Shown here piece by piece: positions 34,031-43,100 of a stretch of DNA of 64,000 bases. The stretch covers positions 2,976,001-3,040,000 of the forward strand of contig BQFW01000008.1 of assembly GCA_020891255.1 (NCBI GenBank), written 5' to 3'. The notes below the pieces were generated by a model, which saw only the letters and a program-made list of their open reading frames with translations, was not told the origin of the DNA and searched no databases. The position numbers were made by a program, and so were the translations under genes. Position 1 is the first letter of the stretch. Every line of letters starts with the position of its first letter. The stretch comes from Entomortierella parvispora E1425 (taxonomy: Eukaryota > Fungi > Mortierellomycota).

Positions 34031-35975
34031 TCTGATTCTCACTCGTCACCTAGGATTGCCATATCCCGCACAGCGCCCCTCAAGCCTGCCCCCGTACGCA
34101 ACACTGGCACTTTGTTGCCTGTGTCAGTCGTAGACAATTCCGGAAGGTGATGCTTGCCCTCGTGCTAGTTGAAGATACTTGAAAAAAAGGGGGATAGTCA
34201 ATTATATTAGATCGAAGGTAGAAGCGTTGGATGATACAGATGATAGGCAAACATGTACCTCTGAGAAGAGTGAGCCGATGAGAGGCATGGTAGTGCTTGA
34301 CTTGGTTGATGTCGAACGCCGGGTGCCTGCCACCTCAGAGTTCTTTTCTGAACACGTTCTTCATGTCGTGGCTCAAGGCTTGCGACTCGCTCCTGACTCT
34401 TGTTGCTACATCCACCTGCGACCCCTTCCGTTTACTGTCGATGCTGTTGATGTAAATCCTAGTGTTTATGGGCCTTCATCCCGAGCCGCGATTCGGATCG
34501 AATAGACATATAATGGTGAATGAGGAAGAGAAAAAAGACAAATGAGTTTGGGCAGTGAGAGCGAAAACTCAAATGTCACGTGGCGCCGACGCGCATGTGA
34601 CAATCCGCGCATGTCCAGGGCGAAGTTTCCAATGATGTGCATCCGCAACATTTCTTGCTTCTACTGTATTAGTCCTGTCTGGTCAGCGAGGTCGTGGTTT
34701 GCTCTGGACCCACACCGCTTTCCCGCTTTCCTCACCTTCGTTCACATCGGCTCGTGAATGCATTCGCGACTTGTTGCTCCACCGCATTGCGGCGCCCTCT
34801 TCTCCCACCTCCATCCTCCTTCCCAATTTTTGTTTTGCTTTGAAAATAAAAAAAAAACTGACCCTTTCGCAGTGCACACTTATCCCCGGTTACGCCGAAG
34901 GACAAAAAACGATCCTGGTGATGTCGACTAGTTATGGCGCTCTCCCCAGAACCAATTCTCTACCAGCGAGAATCCATTCTGAAGAAAGCGATGACCGGCG
35001 TGGCGACCGGGTCCGTTTTGCAACGGGTGTTCTCATTTTAATAGCACACTGCGAAAGAGCCAAGGGGTGAAGAAAAAAAAACTGGCGGGCGGCACTGCTT
35101 TTATACCTTTTCAGAATAGGAGTGACCGCGTGTGTGACTGATTCGAGCATGGGCCTCCTCATTGATTTTGCGGACTGAGAACTCTAACTGACAAATTTGT
35201 ACGTAAATTGGCACGTGCTCTGGACATCGACGTGTTTTCCATCCCCGGTTTCATTACACATTTAGCGCAGCAACAACATCACAACAACAACAACAACAAC
35301 AACGATTCCCCAATCCTCTCTCTTGAATCTTCCCGCATCATGTTGCAATGCAAAGCGAATGTAGAACCATGTGACGAGGCACAGAGTGAACAGCAGGACA
35401 ACGAGAAACGGGGTACACGTCAAACAGCAAGACAACGGGACAGCAGGAAACAAAAGGGAAATACAAGCTAAGAAGATTTTGAGTAGAAAAATAGAACACG
35501 GCGACATCATATCATTGAGTATATAATGTCAGTACTGAAGAGAGCCGAATGCCTCTAGCGTTCAAGATGGCCTGCACCTAGGTGCTGGATTTAGCAAAGA
35601 GGAACCAGCAACATCCTCTTGATTTCGTCGCTTTTGAAGGTGTGGAGATCCAGGCGTACGAAACTTTAAACACCAACTGAGCTTAGGACGTTGCCACTAA
35701 TTCTGATGTCACCAACAAAAGCGATCGACAACGGACTGGGTCACCGAGGACGATGACTTTGACAGCATGGAAGACGTTGATGTAAGACGTTGATGTTGTT
35801 TGGGACTGCGACAACCATGACGACAAAGAGCCTTTGATCCTTACCAGACATTTCCAAATAGATAGCACGGACAGCAAGAGCGAAACGCCTGGCAAACCCA
35901 ACAAACAGTTATCGGCTTTGGCTACCCCCATTGGCGAAGAGCTCATGGAAATTGACATTGACGTTCAAGTCGCTC

Positions 35976-36032
35976 GGAGGAGGAGGAGGAGGAGGAGGAG
36001 GAGGAGGAGGAGGAGGAGGAGGAGGAGGAGGA
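35976..36032 (+). repeat. (GGA)19 microsatellite
   Basis: 57 bp perfect run, paralogous to 22837-22899. Confidence 0.95.
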
Positions 36033-37391
36033 AAAAGACGGACCACCAACCCGTACCAGACCCAGAATTCACCAGGTTAGGGTGAACGCTGACAGAGCGA
36101 GCGCCGGTTCTCCCCAAACCAACTGTTGACGCCGGCTGAAAGATCATTTGGTAGCCGATTCATGCCAGTTCCAAACGTCGATAGGTCGAGGTCAGCAAAG
36201 ACAAAGCACCATCTCTTTCCAAAAATCCCGGTGAACAGCCAATGTATCAATCGACCGTCTCCACCGACGGTGTTTGGACAAGGGCAGGAGTAAGGACAAT
36301 GCACCAGTACTGCCCCCCCCCCCCCCCCGCCTCTCCTTCCCTATCGGGTTTCGCCTTCAATGTTGTCAAGACTGCGAACGTCGACAATGTCAACTTTCTG
36401 GCTATTCAGTTCTTGTCTCCTGTACTGAAGTTCATGCCGGTCCACCGTCCACCCGTAAGTGTGATAAATCCTCGAATCTGACCATGGGCTTCTCCTTCAT
36501 GGATTTAAGATGGCCGTTATCAACGAACTTCGCCAGCAGAACACATGTAGCGTAGTATATCCTCAGGTTCTGGAATTTGAGTCATCGGTTCTTTGTTTAA
36601 TAAAGAAAGTCTGAAAAAGATGCTTTCGGCAAATCTGCTCGTTTTGATATGAAAAAACGAGGAGTTCCGCCTTGCTTCTACTTTGGATCAAGATCAGGTT
36701 CACTCCCAAAAACGCTCTCACTCTCCATTTATTTCTTCATTGTGAAGGGTTGCTAAAAAAAGAAGCTGGAGATTTAAAAGCGTGGAGTGGGAAAAACAAT
36801 GTCACCCACGGCAGTGGCATCCCTGTGGGCACTGGAAGGAAAAGTGAGGGTCAATGTAAAGGACCGAAGATTTCTGAGAAAAAAAAAAAAAAAAAGATCA
36901 GCAGGACCACGGTTCTAAAATAACACAATTTCGGTGGCACCGATCTCGAAAAAATAGAGAGCTGAGGTGCATCACAGAATGGTTTCTATCCCTTGGCTTA
37001 AGAACGCTTATGGTGAGGATGTAGAAGCGTTACACCAGAGACAGAGAAGTGGATATATCTGGAGAAAGTTGCCTGCGGGTACTTGAACTGGCGGTCAGGA
37101 TAAAGCTTGAAACAACGGACATGGGACAGGCGCAGCAAGCTGGCAACGAGATTCCACTAAGATACTGGGTCATGGCAGCGTTTGGTTCGGCGTCATCATC
37201 TAGTTCCCAAATTGCCCAATATCGTTGGATTAATGAGGGGTCGACTTTAAAAAACATAGGTTCTCGTATCCTCTCCGTAGTCCGCCTATACATCAGTAAC
37301 GTACCTAATACTTCATAGCACTCGGCTTTGGTCGTGACAAGCGCGTTGAGCTGCAGCTGGGGCCCGATCCGATCGGGTCATGCTGGTGCGC

Positions 37392-38939
37392 TCAACGCGA
37401 ATATGCAATGGCTCGGCGAGCCAAGGCAGCTTGCCAGGCCACCTCCTCTCCGCTGGCTACCCGCAAGCCTACAACACTCCTCAGACCACGGAATGTCTGC
37501 AGGAGCCACCTCCAATCACCGCCACCCACCTCCTGTCGGGTGTGCCTCACGTTGAGGACTTTCATCTGCAGCAGTGAGCTGAGACAGCGGACACCTTGAT
37601 CCTCGCGAAATGTCAGGAAAAAGACGTCTTCTCCGAGACGGGCGTAAGTGGAGCTCACATTGAGGACCCGTAGCTGCTCCAGCTGAGAAAGTCTCTCAAA
37701 CATGTGGTGTGCACCTGCCCGCTCATCGTCGTCGCCCTCACCTTCATCCATCTCAATCGAGATCTTCCACTCTTGAAGCTGCCGGCAGACCCACGGTGCA
37801 AAGGACTGCATGACACTCGACGCAAGCAACGGGGTGTCAACGGACACCGACAACAGGTTGTTGCACGAGCAGAGCAAGTCATGCACCGTGGCACTCTCCA
37901 GTCCCTCGCAAAACTCGAGATTGACCCTCGTCAATTTGCCAGCAAAGCTTCCCAACAGTGCCACCTTCGCCTCCTTACTCAAGCTGATCTGGTAAAGCGT
38001 CAGCTCAGGCACTCCTGGAGTAAGGGCCTCGAACATGTTCTTGACTCGCACACCTTCAAGTCGACAGACGTCTAACCGCTTCAGATCGTTCCACGGCAGA
38101 CCTTGGCTGAGGATTCCTGTAAGTGGTGCAGAGGAGCCTGGTGCCTGCCCCTTCTTACGAAGCATGGTCCATGGACCCCAAACCAAGACACGGAGGGCCC
38201 CTGAGATCTTGAGCAATCTACAAATCGCACGAAGAGAGTCAAAGTCAAAGAAACAACCTTGAAGCTCTATCTTCTTCAGGTCGCTCTCGCTGTCTACGAG
38301 AACTGCTGGCTTCAGATTCGTGAAGTGAACCTTGGCCAGTTGAAGAGACTGAAGTGTCGCGAACACTTTTAGAACCAAATCTCCAAGGACTTCTCCATTT
38401 AGCGTAATATTGTCCAGCTCGAGTGTCGACAGCGCCTGTAATTGGGCAGCGTTCTTCCAGAACGTCAAGGTATTGGACCCAAATATATAGTTAGATACAG
38501 TCAAAGTGCGGATCATAGACCGATGCCTGAGAAGAAAGGCTGCTGGTTCCTTATCAAGACTGTAGGATCTCAAGGGTCGTTGTGGGATCTGGGCTTTTAT
38601 TTGAAGCTCATTCAAGACGGCAAAGTTCAAGGAGAGGTACGGACCACAGAAAAAAGTCGGATTCCAGGTGACATTAAGCGACTGGACCAGATGTGCGTGA
38701 GCGCGGACAGAGTTCAGAGTGACGAATGCAGCTTGTCTGTTTGGACCCAGTTGTACATATCGCCAAAAGACGCTTGCAAAGGTCGTATAGAAATTCCTGT
38801 TGACATGGAGACACCTGTGAACATCTCGCGGTGACAAATATGATGAAATTTCCACAAGAATCTCGGGGACATCCAAAGGGCTAGCGGGTGTCTGACCAAG
38901 AACGGAGGCAAAAGTGACTGAAGGAGCAATGTTGGTCAT
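37392..38939 (-). CDS. F-box/LRR protein, paralog D (515 aa, intronless)
   Basis: Near copy of paralog C: about 19 substitutions in the N-terminal ~195 aa and only one (S/F) afterwards. Confidence 0.9.
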   Translation of the reverse strand: MTNIAPSVTFASVLGQTPASPLDVPEILVEISSYLSPRDVHRCLHVNRNFYTTFASVFWRYVQLGPNRQAAFVTLNSVRAHAHLVQSLNVTWNPTFFCGPYLSLNFAVLNELQIKAQIPQRPLRSYSLDKEPAAFLLRHRSMIRTLTVSNYIFGSNTLTFWKNAAQLQALSTLELDNITLNGEVLGDLVLKVFATLQSLQLAKVHFTNLKPAVLVDSESDLKKIELQGCFFDFDSLRAICRLLKISGALRVLVWGPWTMLRKKGQAPGSSAPLTGILSQGLPWNDLKRLDVCRLEGVRVKNMFEALTPGVPELTLYQISLSKEAKVALLGSFAGKLTRVNLEFCEGLESATVHDLLCSCNNLLSVSVDTPLLASSVMQSFAPWVCRQLQEWKISIEMDEGEGDDDERAGAHHMFERLSQLEQLRVLNVSSTYARLGEDVFFLTFREDQGVRCLSSLLQMKVLNVRHTRQEVGGGDWRWLLQTFRGLRSVVGLRVASGEEVAWQAALARRAIAYSR

Positions 38940-39387
38940 AATAAAAATGAGTTTCGCAGAAAAGAGGCGGCAGGCACAAGAGTAAAGGTCACGTAGAGGA
39001 GCACAAGAGAAGCAACGCGAACGTAGAGGTCGTAAAGAGAGCCACAGAAGTCCTAAGACTCAGCACAATGAGATGTAAACACGGGCGAAAGGTCACCAAG
39101 AGAGGTCGTAAAGAGAGGCGAAAAGGTCTTGAAAAGATGCGCGAAAGTAGTGAGGCAACGAGGACTTGCAGGGTTGGGAAGGACAGACGCAGAAAACAAA
39201 TGCAATCAGAGGGATGCAGGGTGAGGATGAAATGGATGGAATGAGAATGCAATGGCAATCAATCAAGTTAAGCCACAACAGCGGCAACGACGGAAGTATC
39301 GCTGTCAATTGACGTCTTGACCTGTTTGGTCATCATTGACATTTGGGTCAAGGCCAAGAAGAGTCCAGTCAACAACGCACTGTCCCA

Positions 39388-39401
39388 TTTCGCGACGCGT
39401 C
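39388..39401 (+). promoter_or_regulatory. Conserved TTTCGCGACGCGTC motif, copy 4
   Basis: Identical 14-mer; CACGTG follows at 39463-39468. Confidence 0.6.
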
Positions 39402-40107
39402 TGGGAAGGATTTTGATTTACATGGCTCTGGCACGCTCTTTTTGGGTTGCACTGATTGTCATCACGTGTCTCTTCCTGCTGTGTTCTCTCACTTTCACTT
39501 TCACTTCATTGCATGTCATTGCAACTTCACATATGCCTTTCCCCGTCCTCTTCACTGGGAGCAATCACCACAGGGATCTTGAGGGAATGTCTTCAATGAT
39601 CCCCATGGAGGCGGCCATCAGCGCCAAGGAAGGACTCAATGCCAGGGTGCTGGGGTCGGACAATTGGCCCTCTGCATGGGCATAAGCAAGGCGAAGCATG
39701 CACTTCTTTTTCGACTCGTTTCTCTCCTTCATCTTGTCCTCCATCTCTTCTTTCTTCCATCATTCCATCTCTCCATTCCATCTCTTCTCTTCCATTTGGT
39801 CATCATTTACAGTTTGTCCCCATTGACATAATACTGGTAAGCACTCTGAAACTGTTGTGCCAGGAACAGAAACAAGGAGAGCTGTTTGTGGAATGGTTGC
39901 TTACGTTAGAAGTCTGTATTTCAAATGGATACCATAGACTGCCTGAACACCCAGCATCGTGTCCTGGCTTCCTAAGGAGAGAATACATATCAGTCGTGTC
40001 GAGGTACAGAATGCAAACAATCATCAGAGTTTTTTTATTCAACAGCGTGTCTGCGGTTGTCTTGGAAAAGTCACTCATCCTCATTGAATCCGTCCTCGGA
40101 TACAGAA

Positions 40108-43100
40108 ATGGCGAGCCTACAAAAGACCCCTCTACTTTCTAGTCAGTCATCCCCACAGGATTCCCTCCCACGTTCCCCTCCGGTCGGCACGGCACATATC
40201 ATCAGCAGCGGACCGCGTTCTTGGACCACGCTGGCTTCTGCTCCAGTCTTGTCACAGACTGATGTTTACTTTACATCTGTTCAGGGCTGTCGATCCGCAT
40301 ACAACCTGACAACAGGCATATCTTTGTCTAGCTCAAAAACACGTGGGACATCAACGACCTCCAGCTTCCCTGCTAAAATCCTCAGTGTTGTTGCAGCTGG
40401 ATCATCAGAAAAGAGTACCACCAACGCAGAGGCTCTCATGGACCATGATCATGTCCGGTCTGCTTCACATCCACGTGTTGACATATCCAAAGACTGGAGG
40501 TTGTCGGAAGGAGGATTATCTCCCATCACGACGCCTCATCCGACACCGACCACGATAAACTCGACAGTAATCAACTCGACGGATATACTGAGGAAGCATG
40601 TTGCCATTCCTGTACCTGGCCACGATGAACCAATAGAAGACACTGCCCAGCTTGTTTACTGCATTCGATTGCTCAATAAGAAGCATGGTATCCCCGATTC
40701 CTTGCTACCGTCTTCGTCATCAACTGGGCTTTCTCCCTCGACACACGAAAGTGATTACGAGGCATGGGTTCAATACATGGAAAGCAATCCGCTGGAGAAA
40801 GCTCATCTCTATAGTGTGGTGAAACGGATGGTCAGCAAGTTCGTGGAGGGGCCCACTTGGGAGACTGACTCCCTTCGAGAGGTAGTTCATATTGGTCCAC
40901 TGCTTGACAAGGATCACCACCGCGAGCTAGTCAGGATCGTTCTTCAGGGGTTTCAACGGAGCACCTCATTGGACATTAACGTTCTTCATGGGCTCGTTCA
41001 GTTGGTTCGGGATGGGCCTTCCGACTCTTGCGTGCCCGAAGATATGGTCCGTACCCTCGCCTACATCAGAGAGCGCCTGAAAAAAACTGTTGGAGAGGAT
41101 ACCGAGGATACTGTCTATTTGACTCGAGCGGCAACTATCCTTCTTACAACCCTATCCACCTGCCAGTCAAAGGACCAGTCAAAGGACCAGTACCATGTGG
41201 GACATGAGCAATGGTTCAAGGTTCTGTCTTCTTTGCGGAAACATAAGAGTTCTCCTATCAGGTTCCAAGCCAGATACGCAGGGCAGATCTTGATATCCGC
41301 TTCAGATCAACGCACTTTGGACGGTGATCCCGACTTGAGCCGAAGGGCACGCAGGATCTCCAGACTGTTGAGGAGACCTCAGGAATCCTACGGAAAGAAG
41401 CAATGGTTTCTGGATGTTCAACGAGCAAAGGGGCTGGCGCGGAGCAGACGTTGCACGGATTTATTTCTGTTGATACATCAGGGACCCAATGTTCACGACA
41501 CCAACTTTCAATGGCACGCCTGTCAGATCCTTGGGGAACTTGCTGTGGATCCATCCTGCGATGACGATACACGCCACCAAGCCATCACTCTCATACACGA
41601 GTACGCCAAGGCCAGTGGCACTATTAAGTCTGGCCCGGTGATCAGGAGATGGGCGCTGACAATCCTTCGACACATTTCGGAGCTCTCAGTTGCATCCATG
41701 CCCGCAGGATCTTTTGATCCACAGGCAATCTACAACGAGGCGATCATGGAAAATCCACCAAGCTTGATCTGTGGCAGGGGAGCAAGAAGCATGAAACCCT
41801 TCGATATCGCCCACCCTTTGACAAGCAACCTGCCTCCACCGTCAGCCTCTCCACTCCTGAACAAGGTCAACACTGATCCCGACATTGAATTTGCCATTGA
41901 TCGTCTTCTTCGCCAACGATCCAGGGTCTATGAGAGGTGCGCCATCTATATCCAGTTGCTATCAAAACACAGCCTTCGAGCGTCAGAGGATGTCCTTGTT
42001 GAATTGCAGGAGCGGACAAAGAATTTTCTTGAGAGCAAGAGCCAGGTCCTCCTAGTCCTAGGAGATTCTGGTGCTGGCAAGTCGACATTTGGCTTGCGTT
42101 TGGAGAATGAGCTGTGGGCCGCATACAAAGCAGGGGGACCCATCCCACTTTTCATTGATCTGAAAACAATCGACGCACCAGACAAGGATATGGTCCATCA
42201 GCATCTGGAAGACATGGGCCTTTTCACTGAGCAACAAATTGAAGACATGCGGCAAACTCGACTGTTTATTCTGATCTGCGATGGCTATGACGAATATCAA
42301 AAATGGACCAACCTCCATACCAGAAACCAGTTCAACCGACCTCGACAATGGCAAGCCAAGATGATCGTCAACTGTCGCACTCAGTATCTGGGACCCAACT
42401 ATCGCAACTACTTTGAGCCAGAAACAGCAGCCGTCGACAACTCCAACTTTTCTCATTCGTCGGACCTGTTTGAGGAAGCCGTGATCGTCCCCTTCAGGAT
42501 CACTCAGATCAACGAATATATCGAGCTATTCACCCAGGCACCAAAAACCATGGAGTGCCTCGGTGAAGAAACAGAGTGGAGCACGGAACAGTACATGGAA
42601 CGCCTCAAGAGTATAACCCACCTGATGGAACTGGCCAAAAACCCCTTCATGCTCAAGATGATCTTGGACGTCCTCCCGACAATCGCCAAAACGACCATCA
42701 AGATGACGCGAGTCGAACTCTATGATCGTTTCGTGGAACTTCATTTTGAGTCGGAACAACGGCGACTGAAGGCCCAACACTCGAGCGGCAAGATGGACAA
42801 TGGAACCATTTCAGCCTTCACTTCTCTCGAAAACGAAGAACTCATTGCTCTTGGACTGGATTTCTCTAAGCAACTCTCACTCCACATCTTCAAAGAACTG
42901 AAGGGTCTCAACTCCGTGACCTACTCGGTCATGCAGGACAGTGGATCATGGAAGGACGCATTCTTTGGGTCCGATGCTCAAGCTAGACTGCTGCGACAGT
43001 CAGCTCAACTGGTGTGTCGGGAGAACCGTCAGGATGCCCGCCATTTGGTACGCCACAAGGTCCGGCCCTCTCGCAAACCAAACTCGTACGAGTTCAGCCA

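Noticed and set aside
34200-34500. Protein-like minus-strand stretch with an internal TGA
   Set aside because: No family recognised and too short to call a pseudogene.
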